A stretch of DNA of 64,000 nucleotides. It comes from Candidatus Sulfomarinibacteraceae bacterium (lineage in GTDB: Bacteria > Acidobacteriota > Thermoanaerobaculia > Thermoanaerobaculales > Sulfomarinibacteraceae). Each line of letters opens with the position of its first letter. Position 1 is the first letter of the stretch. The stretch is taken from positions 896,001 to 960,000 of the forward strand of contig CAWCLO010000001.1 of NCBI GenBank assembly GCA_963796455.1, in the 5' to 3' direction. The position numbers and the translations under genes are program-made. The notes beneath the pieces were generated by a model, which saw only the letters and a program-made list of their open reading frames with translations, ran no database searches and was not told where the DNA came from. This document shows positions 9,404 to 17,280 of this stretch, piece after piece.

Positions 9404-10911
9404 GGCTGCTCCTCTCCGGGGACGGCCTCTCCTTCGGTCTCGGCGAGGATCTCCCTGACGACGGTCCGGTCATCAAAATGGTGGAGTTCCTTGCCCAGGA
9501 TCTGCATCGTCTCGTGCCCCTTGCCCGCAACGAGCAGAATATCCCCTTCGCCTACCAAAGCCAGAGCTCTGGCGATCGCCGCCCGTCGATCGGGCTCGAC
9601 CTCGTAGGAACCGGCTCCCTCACTCATCCCGGAAATGACCTCGTCGATAATAGCCATCGGGTCTTCGGTCCGGGGATTGTCCGAAGTCAGGATGGCCAGA
9701 TCACTGTAACGCTGGGCGAAGCCACCCATGACCGGCCGCTTGGACCGGTCTCTGTCTCCACCGCAGCCGAAGACCGTGATGATCCTCCGGTGTGGGAGGG
9801 CATTCAAGCTCTTGAGCACCTGATACAGACCGTCGGAGGTGTGGGCAAAATCCACCAGGATCCGCGCGCCTCGCGAATTCACGATCGGCTCGAGCCTGCC
9901 GGGGATCGTTGTCGGCGATTCCAAGCCCCCACAAATGGCTTCCTCGTCCACATCCAGGGCGATCCCCATCCCAGCCGCACCAAGCATGTTGTAGAGGTTG
10001 TGCTCGCCGACATGGGGGCAGCGAATCCTCCGACTCCAGTCCGGGGTTTGGAGGTCGAACACAGTCTGCTCCGGAGAAAGCCGGATGTCGCCCGCCGTGA
10101 TGTGCACCCCCGATCCGAGGCCGAAGGAGAGTCGGCGCTCACCTGGCAGCCGATCAAACAAGTTCCGCCCGTGAGGGTCATCCGTATTGATGACACCTAT
10201 GCCCCCTTCTTCGAGATGCCTTTCGAACAAGACCGCTTTGGCCTCCCCATAGTCCTCGAGGTCGCGATGAAAATCGAGGTGTTCCGGAGAAAGATTCGTG
10301 AAGACCGCCGCCCTATAGAAGAGACCGTCCACCCGATGGAGGACCAGCCCGTGGGAGGAGACTTCCATCGAAACGTGGCGCACACCGTCCTTTCGAATCT
10401 CGTGCAGGAGCCGGTGAAGATCCAGAGCCAGGGGGGTGGTGTTTCGCGCCTTCAGACTTTGATCCTTCCAGCGGTACTGAATCGTCCCGATCACGGCGGA
10501 GGGCACTCCGGCCGCGCTCCAGATGGCCTCCAGGAGATAGGTCGAGCTGGTCTTGCCGTTGGTGCCGGTAAACCCTGCCAGGGTCATCTCGCGAGCCGGG
10601 TGGCCAAAAAACTCAGCTGCCAGCACGGGCATCGCCGCCAGCGTGTCCCTCACCCGAACGCAAGGAAGAGACGAGTCTGGTGGGATCTCCTCCACCACCG
10701 CCATCGCGGCCCCGCCGGACTCGGCGGCGGCCAGGAAGCGGTGTCCATCGGTTTGAGTGCCCCGCAGAGCGATAAAACAGGTCCCCGGCTTCACCTCCCG
10801 GGAATCGTAGGCGAGGGCCTCGATGTAGGTAGGCAGCACTCCACGGGTCTCCAGTACCTCGACCCCGTTCAGAAGCCGTTTTGTATCGAACATCTCTGAC
10901 ACTTGTCCCAT
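9400..10911 (-). CDS. murE: UDP-MurNAc-L-Ala-D-Glu:meso-DAP ligase
   Basis: TGTNGKTS, MEVSSHG, HLDFH, VDFAHT, FGCGGDRD, DNPR (mDAP-type), AGKGHE. Confidence 0.93.
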   Translation of the reverse strand: MGQVSEMFDTKRLLNGVEVLETRGVLPTYIEALAYDSREVKPGTCFIALRGTQTDGHRFLAAAESGGAAMAVVEEIPPDSSLPCVRVRDTLAAMPVLAAEFFGHPAREMTLAGFTGTNGKTSSTYLLEAIWSAAGVPSAVIGTIQYRWKDQSLKARNTTPLALDLHRLLHEIRKDGVRHVSMEVSSHGLVLHRVDGLFYRAAVFTNLSPEHLDFHRDLEDYGEAKAVLFERHLEEGGIGVINTDDPHGRNLFDRLPGERRLSFGLGSGVHITAGDIRLSPEQTVFDLQTPDWSRRIRCPHVGEHNLYNMLGAAGMGIALDVDEEAICGGLESPTTIPGRLEPIVNSRGARILVDFAHTSDGLYQVLKSLNALPHRRIITVFGCGGDRDRSKRPVMGGFAQRYSDLAILTSDNPRTEDPMAIIDEVISGMSEGAGSYEVEPDRRAAIARALALVGEGDILLVAGKGHETMQILGKELHHFDDRTVVREILAETEGEAVPGEEQP

Positions 10912-10923
10912 GCGGAGCCTTCC

Positions 10924-11961
10924 CTACCAGGTACGGGTGACCTTGAGCAGCCCCCGTGGCGTTTCCGTATCGTAGCCTTTGGCCCGCGTGAGGTGGTAAC
11001 AAAACAGCTGCGCCGGCACGATGCCGACCAATGGGCTCAGCCACTCCGGGAGATCGGCGGGCAACGGCAACGGAGTCTTTGCCCGGGCAAGAGCGGCCTC
11101 GTCGTTCGAAACCATCACAAGCTCTGCCCCGTGCTCTTCGACCAGGCTGGAGAGCATTCGATAAGCATCCTCGAAGACCGCCCCTCTGGGGACCACTGCC
11201 AGGACGGGAAAACCCTGCGACACGATGGCGATGGGGCCGTGTTGAAAATCCGCAGAGGAATAAGACTCTGCAACGACGTAGGTCAGTTCCTTGAGCTTCA
11301 GGGCCCACTCATTTGCGGTCGCGTAGTTGAATCCGCGCCCGATCACCACACACTGGCTCATGTATCGATAGCGCTGAACCGCCCGTTCGATGGCGCCGTC
11401 GAGAGCCAGAGTCTCTTCCATCAGGCGAGGCAGGCTTTCGAGCGCTTCGAAGAGCCGCGCCTCACCCTTCATCGCCGCCGACAACAGGGCGATGGCAAAG
11501 AGCTGCGTGGTGTATGTCTTTGTCGCGGCAATGGCCTGTTCGGGACCGGCGTTTGTTTCGAGAACCAACTCGGCCTGATCCGCAAGCGGCGAGCACGGGT
11601 CGTTCGTGATCGCCAGGGTCAGGGCGCCCTGTCGGCGGCCCTCCTTCACCACGGCGACGATGTCCGGCGATTGGCCCGACTGCGAAATACCTACGACGAG
11701 ACAAGCTTCGAGATCTGGTGGCGTCTTGTAAATCGTAAACAACGATGGGGCGGCCAGAGCCACCGGGAGCCGATTCATCGAGCCCCACAAATATTTTGCA
11801 TAGAGGCCGGCGTTGTCCGAGGTGCCGCGGGCCGCGAGGAAGATGGATTTGACTCCCCGTTCCAGAATCGTCCGGGCGATCTCGCCGGCATGCTCCCTCT
11901 GGGTCTGGAAGAGGCGATCGAGGACCGCCGGTTGTTCGAATATCTCTGATCTCAAGCTCAT
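10924..11961 (-). CDS. Double-SIS domain protein (GlmS C-terminal-like; probable glucosamine-6-phosphate deaminase, NagB-II type)
   Basis: MSLRSEIFEQP, ARGTSDNA, SQSGQSPD, ATKTYT, ALKLKE, HGP, C-terminal LKVTRT; no glutaminase domain. Confidence 0.85.
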   Translation of the reverse strand: MSLRSEIFEQPAVLDRLFQTQREHAGEIARTILERGVKSIFLAARGTSDNAGLYAKYLWGSMNRLPVALAAPSLFTIYKTPPDLEACLVVGISQSGQSPDIVAVVKEGRRQGALTLAITNDPCSPLADQAELVLETNAGPEQAIAATKTYTTQLFAIALLSAAMKGEARLFEALESLPRLMEETLALDGAIERAVQRYRYMSQCVVIGRGFNYATANEWALKLKELTYVVAESYSSADFQHGPIAIVSQGFPVLAVVPRGAVFEDAYRMLSSLVEEHGAELVMVSNDEAALARAKTPLPLPADLPEWLSPLVGIVPAQLFCYHLTRAKGYDTETPRGLLKVTRTW

Positions 11962-12161
11962 CGCGTCCGGCTTTCTCCAACAGTTATTACCGGCTCGAAA
12001 CTCCGGTTTGGGATTCCAGATCGTGCGAGGACCCGGCCTTGAAAAATGGCCCGTACCCATCGAGTAGTCGCTGCCGAGACAAGTGTACTGCGTCGCGATG
12101 TGATATCTCACCGACGGCAAATGCCTTTGGAAAAATCCTAGTCCGTGCGATCCTTCTTTGA

Positions 12162-12767
12162 ATGGAACACCGACTGTTGAAATCCTCGACTGTATTGTTT
12201 GGACTCCTCCTGACATCCGGCTGCGCAAGCTCGCCTGGGACACCCACCAACCGACCGGCTACGGGTCCGATCCACAGCAACGCGGTTTTTTACGATGGGC
12301 CCGACCTGGTGGCCACGGTGGCCTATATGCGAGGAAAAAACATCGTGGCCGAGGAGTGGTTGATCCTTGCGGCCGAGTTCACGAGCAAACGAGGGAGGGG
12401 GCCGATGGTCATCAACCGGGATGACATCGCGGTTCTCACTCCCGCGGGTGGTCGTCTGGGGCTCATCAGCCAGGACGAGTTCTGGAGCAATACTCCCAGG
12501 TTCCAGATCCCCGTAGAGCGCACCCTCAACTATCTGCCTCTTCTCTACCGTTTCGAGCAGAACAGGGTGCCCTGCGGCCGGTGGTACCTCGTCGATCCCA
12601 GCCTGGCCATCGCCTACGATGAGATCACCGTCAGCTCGTTCGAGCAGTGTTCGGGGCCTTTGATCTTCGAGGTCCCAGGCGGTGTGCAGCCCGGGCGCTG
12701 GCGTCTCGTGATCGAGCTCGAGGAGAGCCGGGCGGACATTCCGTTCGTCATCGAAGTCGAAAACTGA
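12162..12767 (+). CDS. Hypothetical lipoprotein
   Basis: Hydrophobic signal with LTSGC lipobox; fills the gap between genes. Confidence 0.7.
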   Translation: MEHRLLKSSTVLFGLLLTSGCASSPGTPTNRPATGPIHSNAVFYDGPDLVATVAYMRGKNIVAEEWLILAAEFTSKRGRGPMVINRDDIAVLTPAGGRLGLISQDEFWSNTPRFQIPVERTLNYLPLLYRFEQNRVPCGRWYLVDPSLAIAYDEITVSSFEQCSGPLIFEVPGGVQPGRWRLVIELEESRADIPFVIEVEN

Positions 12768-12810
12768 CCTGCAGCAAGACTTTCTCCCTTTCCGATCCTG
12801 TTCCGCACGA

Positions 12811-12854
12811 GATGCTGGATACTCGATGCTGGATCACTCTTGTCCAAGACAGAG
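12811..12854 (+). repeat. (GATGCTG)n array plus GGATCACT...TGTCCAA.ACAGAG tail, shared with 31212-31261
   Basis: Direct comparison of the two loci. Confidence 0.7.
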
Positions 12855-12870
12855 TCTCGAATATCGTACA

Positions 12871-13026
12871 GGGACAGCGAACAACACTCACTTCTACGGG
12901 GCTCCGGTCTTTGTGGTGCGGCCGTCTCGGCCGCACGGAGGGCAGGCGAGACGCGTACACCACAACGGCTGTTCCCTCTGTTGAACGACCCGGAGGTGAC
13001 CACGCCGTCACCGCACCGGATTGCTG
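12871..13026 (+). repeat. 156-bp dispersed repeat with a GTGG-REP doublet core (12911-12965); second copy inverted at 31438-31593
   Basis: Gap-free hand alignment to the reverse complement of 31438-31593, about 17 mismatches. Confidence 0.88.
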
Positions 13027-13236
13027 CCACTGCCGCTGGTCCCTGGCGCTGAACACTGATCGCTGGATCCTGTCGCTGCCCCTGGACACTGTCCCGGCCG
13101 CTGATCGCTGTTGTCTGTCGCTGATGACCGCACGCTGCCCCTGATCGCTGTCGCCGTCCCTGAACCCTGTCTTGGACGAGAGGAATGGGGACAAACCCCG
13201 CCCATTCAAAAACTCAAGTCGCGCCCGGCTCCGCTC

Positions 13237-14787
13237 TCAATCCACCATCGGGATCTTCACCGCATCGGGAAGATCGGCGCAGCGCGGGCTGTGGGAGCTG
13301 AAGGCGGTGAGGCGAACCCAAACAGCGGGCATGGTGGCGCGAATCGTCTCCATCGCGCTTTCGCCCAGATTCTCGCGATTCATCGGCACCCGTTTCACAT
13401 ACTCCGCACCGAGCTCACCCGGCGACCGCCCGTATTTGTAGTCGTAGGTGAAGGAACGACCGTCGGGCCGCAACACGACCCCGGGGCAGGAGGTGTTCGG
13501 CACCGATATATAAAACTCATCGGCCGTTGCTGACGTCGCTTCCTTGTCATCGTCGAGCAGCTCTCGTGCAGCCAGCTCCTCGTAGAGTTGGACGGCGGTC
13601 AACCGAGCGGGATCGATGAAGACGACGTTTTCGGCGATCAAGTCCTGATAGGGGAAATCCCCGTCGTCGGTTCGCAGGTTCCGAAGTCTCTCAAAGGACG
13701 CCTCGATGTCGTCCTCGTACAGCGGGAAATGGGTGCATCCCAGAATCACGGTATTGATCGCCTCGGTCGATCCACTCCGCCTGTGGCCCTCGACGAGGGT
13801 GGTCGTGTGGTAGCGGATGTAGTTGTCGATGGAATTCAATCGCCACGTCTCGGGATCATCGGGATCGCCGAGGACGCCCGCGTGATCGAAGCCATACTCA
13901 GAGATCAAGGAGGGGTCGATCGGAGCAACCGTGCTTCCCACGGCCGGACCACGGTAGGTCGCGGTCGAGGAGGTATCAACGGGAGCAAGGTACTCCGGGC
14001 TTCCTTCAACCGCGCCGGCAAGCCCGAGACACCCCTGTTGCACCACCGGTGGCGGGATCATCTCCGTTTCTTTCGCGGATCTTGCGATCTCCCGGACGTA
14101 GCCCTCGCTCTTGCAGGTGCCGACGGTGGCCATCACGGCCACCGCGCCGGAAGCCCCGGTGTCCTGAAGCGATTCGATCGCGCCGTCGGCGCCGGCCGCC
14201 ACGACACCCACGAGATAGATTGGGATGTCCCACTTCTCCAGTGCTCCACGGATATCTTCGAGGCCATAGGCAGTCGCCGTATTGCAGGCGATCACAATCG
14301 CTTTGACGGGAGGCTTGTCCCGGCTCGGCGATGAGGAGGATCGTGACGCCCAATACCGGTCTCCGAGGAGAAAAACGGCGTCCTTGAGAATCAGTTCCTT
14401 CAGGAAGGCGATCTTGCCCTCTGAAGGGTAGTTTCCATAGGGCATATTGGCCTGATCACCAAGATAGATGAATGACTCGTCCGCAAAATCGGGTCGGCCA
14501 TCGGCCCCCTCTTCGTGGGTCAGGTTGTTGAATTGGTCGATGGTCACGATCTGGTTCAAAACGGTGAGGCCGCCGATTCCCGAATCAAAGACCCCGATGG
14601 GAAGATCCTCATCCAGTTCCTGATACTGCCCGGAATCAAACGAAAAAAGCTCCGAATCCCCTCTCTGGACCAGATCCACGATCGAGGTCGGGTCCGGTTC
14701 ACCGACATCAACGCTGGTGCAACCGCCGCAGATGACGACGGCGGCTCCGAGAATGATCCACGGAAGTTTTTCCAACCCGTACTTCAT
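13237..14787 (-). CDS. Enlarged glutamate/aspartate racemase (MurI-like) with lipoprotein signal
   Basis: IGVFDSGIGGLTV, YLGDQANMPYG, IACNTAT, LGCTHFP (both catalytic Cys); N-terminal hydrophobic stretch ending ICGGC. Confidence 0.85.
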   Translation of the reverse strand: MKYGLEKLPWIILGAAVVICGGCTSVDVGEPDPTSIVDLVQRGDSELFSFDSGQYQELDEDLPIGVFDSGIGGLTVLNQIVTIDQFNNLTHEEGADGRPDFADESFIYLGDQANMPYGNYPSEGKIAFLKELILKDAVFLLGDRYWASRSSSSPSRDKPPVKAIVIACNTATAYGLEDIRGALEKWDIPIYLVGVVAAGADGAIESLQDTGASGAVAVMATVGTCKSEGYVREIARSAKETEMIPPPVVQQGCLGLAGAVEGSPEYLAPVDTSSTATYRGPAVGSTVAPIDPSLISEYGFDHAGVLGDPDDPETWRLNSIDNYIRYHTTTLVEGHRRSGSTEAINTVILGCTHFPLYEDDIEASFERLRNLRTDDGDFPYQDLIAENVVFIDPARLTAVQLYEELAARELLDDDKEATSATADEFYISVPNTSCPGVVLRPDGRSFTYDYKYGRSPGELGAEYVKRVPMNRENLGESAMETIRATMPAVWVRLTAFSSHSPRCADLPDAVKIPMVD

Positions 14788-14868
14788 GTTGTCTCCCCAC
14801 TGAGTGCGCCCGACGCTGACCGACGATTCCCGGCCAATGATCTTAGATCAGGATGCCCGCGGTCGTCC

Positions 14869-16020
14869 TCAAATCTTGATAAAGATCTTCTTGCGATACA
14901 ACAACCAGGTGATACCCAGGAGCACCACAACGTGGACCGAGGCCCAGGCCAGCGACGCGAAATACTCCGGTATCCACGATTGGAAGAAATTGTCGTACAG
15001 CCACGACTTGAGCGAAATGCTCGAGCCATCGCCACCAACCCAGCGGATCTTGATCAGAGTCTTGGCGATGAGACCACTGAGAACATAGGCCACGATGGCA
15101 TTGGTGCCGAAAATCAGAAATGGCTTCGCCCAGCCGTCGAGGCCTCGAAGATCCACGAAATAAAGAATCACGGCAAGGGTGAACAGAGCCAGGCCCGCGG
15201 TGAGCACCACGTAGCTGCTCGTCCAGAGGTTTTTGTTGATGGGGAAGAACCAGCCGTAGACTGCTCCAGAAACCGCAGCCAGGCTCCCGGCGACAAAGAG
15301 CCCGATGAGCTTCTCGGTCTGGTTTCTGGCCGAGCGAAGCCACTCACCGGTGAAGACCCCCGCCAGAGCGGTCGCGATGGCCGGCAGGGTGCTGAGAATG
15401 CCCTCCGGGTCGGCCGGGCCGGGTGCATAGCGCCAGACGTGGGCCCCGAGCGCGAGCCGATCCACAAACCCCGCCAGATTGCCGGCGGGACTCAGATCCC
15501 CTGCCCCGAAACCAGGCACCGGTACCAGCTCCATGACCGCCCAATATCCGAGGAGCAAGCCGGCGGCCAGCCAGGCCCTTCCCCGTGTCCTGAGATGAAG
15601 GTAGGCCAGGGATGCAAAAAGGTAGACCAGGGCGATCCGTTGCAACACACCGGGGATCCTCGCTCTCGACCAGTCGATCCCCATGAACGGGAACCAGGTC
15701 AGGAAGAGGCCGAGGGCGAAGAGAATCGCCGTCCGCCGTGCGATCTGGCGGTAGAGAGGCCCGAGATCTCCTCCGGATCGTTCGAGTCTCGAGGCGAATG
15801 CAAGGGGTATGGCGACACCGAGCACAAAGAGGAAAAATGGAAACACGAGATCGGTAGGCGTCCACCCGTGCCATTCGGCGTGCAATAGCGGGGCAAAGGT
15901 GTGTCCCCAATCGCCGGCATTGTTGACCAACAGCATGCCTGCGATCGTGGCCCCCCGCATGACATCGAGAGAGCGCAACCGGGTCTTCTTTGCGACGGTC
16001 ACGCCGAAAATCCATCCCAC
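14869..16020 (-). CDS. NagX / heparan-alpha-glucosaminide N-acetyltransferase-like (DUF5009) membrane protein
   Basis: RLRSLDVMRG, HAEWHGWTPTDLVFPFFLF, GVLQRIAL, DPEGILS, PINKNLWTSSY; exact start uncertain. Confidence 0.88.
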   Translation of the reverse strand: MGWIFGVTVAKKTRLRSLDVMRGATIAGMLLVNNAGDWGHTFAPLLHAEWHGWTPTDLVFPFFLFVLGVAIPLAFASRLERSGGDLGPLYRQIARRTAILFALGLFLTWFPFMGIDWSRARIPGVLQRIALVYLFASLAYLHLRTRGRAWLAAGLLLGYWAVMELVPVPGFGAGDLSPAGNLAGFVDRLALGAHVWRYAPGPADPEGILSTLPAIATALAGVFTGEWLRSARNQTEKLIGLFVAGSLAAVSGAVYGWFFPINKNLWTSSYVVLTAGLALFTLAVILYFVDLRGLDGWAKPFLIFGTNAIVAYVLSGLIAKTLIKIRWVGGDGSSISLKSWLYDNFFQSWIPEYFASLAWASVHVVVLLGITWLLYRKKIFIKI

Positions 16021-16161
16021 AGGGCGGCGTACCGGAGCAGCTCCCCGGTTTTTCGGGGTCCCGCCTCCTTGATGTCAGACCGGACCAATCCAGGCCTCCT
16101 CATGCTGCTTTCTCCTCGTCATCGAAGCAACCGGTGTCTGCCCACCGAAGACTCATCGATC

Positions 16162-17247
16162 CTACTCGATCCCCTTCTCGACACGAGTCGCACGTTCCTG
16201 TTCGAGAAGCGCCAGTTTTTGAATCGCCAGGGTCATCTTTTGTCTGAGGTCTTCGGAAGCCAATTCGAATATGAACGGAACGGGATCGACCGACTGGCCA
16301 TCGAGCTTCAGCTCGAAATGGAGTTGCGCTTGGACGGCATTGCCGGCTGGGCCATCGATGGTCGCGATATGCCGGCCCTTCGCAACGGTCTCGCCGATTC
16401 GAACACTCAAATTGGAGATGTGCACGTAAACGGTCTCGACACCGTTCCCATGAAGGATCTTGACCCACCCGCCCGCTTTTGTTCCTCGCCCCGCCCCTGC
16501 CACCTTCCCCTCGGCGGCGGCCCGCACGATGGCCTTGTCGCCATAGATATCCAGCCCTTTGTGGCTCCGGGGAGCCCCGAGCCAGTCATCGCGCATGGAG
16601 CCATAGTTCGGCAGGCCGTCCCGAACCATGTCGCGGGGAACAAAACCGAGGGACCGATCAATCAATGCCTCCGTATCGAGGCCAACCACCGGGCTCATGA
16701 GCCCGATTCCCCGAACAACCGCGATGTCAGGATCGAGAGCCGTCATCTCGGGAGCACCAGTCGCGGCGGGACCGCTGCAGACCACCAAGAGACCGCGCGG
16801 AGCGCGTTCGTGACGGCACGACCATCCCTCGGTGGCTACGACTACGAATCGGGTAATCAAAGGATCCAGAGAGAGCTGCGAGAAACGGTATTCACTCACG
16901 CCGGGTGCACCCGGGCGCATCCTACGCAACGGTCCGTCCCAGACCACCCCCGAGAGGTCAAAAACGTAGCGCCCATCACCAAGACTCATGGTTTCCACCC
17001 GGTCGATGCTGCCCTGGACCTCGAGCATCACGAAACAGCTTTCGTGGGTGCTCTCCACCAGATCGACTGCGGTGAGGGCCGCCGGATCCGGTTGCGCCGC
17101 TCCCAACACCTGAACGGCAGCGATAATCAGGACGGCAACCGCCCATCGACCAGCGCCTCGCGGAATGTGTTCGATTTCGTGCAGCGGTTCCACCTCGTGC
17201 GAAAAAAAACCTGGCAACCTTGGACGGCGCCTGGGTTCGCCATCCAT
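16162..17247 (-). CDS. AMIN-domain + M23 (LytM) peptidase-like protein
   Basis: RYVFDL...RFSQ...TRFVV (AMIN-like); HKGLDI, YVH, QLHFE (M23); start uncertain. Confidence 0.8.
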   Translation of the reverse strand: MDGEPRRRPRLPGFFSHEVEPLHEIEHIPRGAGRWAVAVLIIAAVQVLGAAQPDPAALTAVDLVESTHESCFVMLEVQGSIDRVETMSLGDGRYVFDLSGVVWDGPLRRMRPGAPGVSEYRFSQLSLDPLITRFVVVATEGWSCRHERAPRGLLVVCSGPAATGAPEMTALDPDIAVVRGIGLMSPVVGLDTEALIDRSLGFVPRDMVRDGLPNYGSMRDDWLGAPRSHKGLDIYGDKAIVRAAAEGKVAGAGRGTKAGGWVKILHGNGVETVYVHISNLSVRIGETVAKGRHIATIDGPAGNAVQAQLHFELKLDGQSVDPVPFIFELASEDLRQKMTLAIQKLALLEQERATRVEKGIE

Positions 17248-17280
17248 AATAGGCCAACGGCACCCATGGTGGAGGGCCGA

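Noticed and set aside
11962..12161. glmS ribozyme upstream of the SIS-domain gene
   Set aside because: No AGCGCC cleavage-site or core motifs are visible, and the gene lacks the glutaminase domain.
15901..17280. First 460 codons of the 1229-aa ORF 15901-19590
   Set aside because: Antisense shadow of the NagX-like and AMIN-M23 genes; a clear SD and signal peptide place the real start at 17281.
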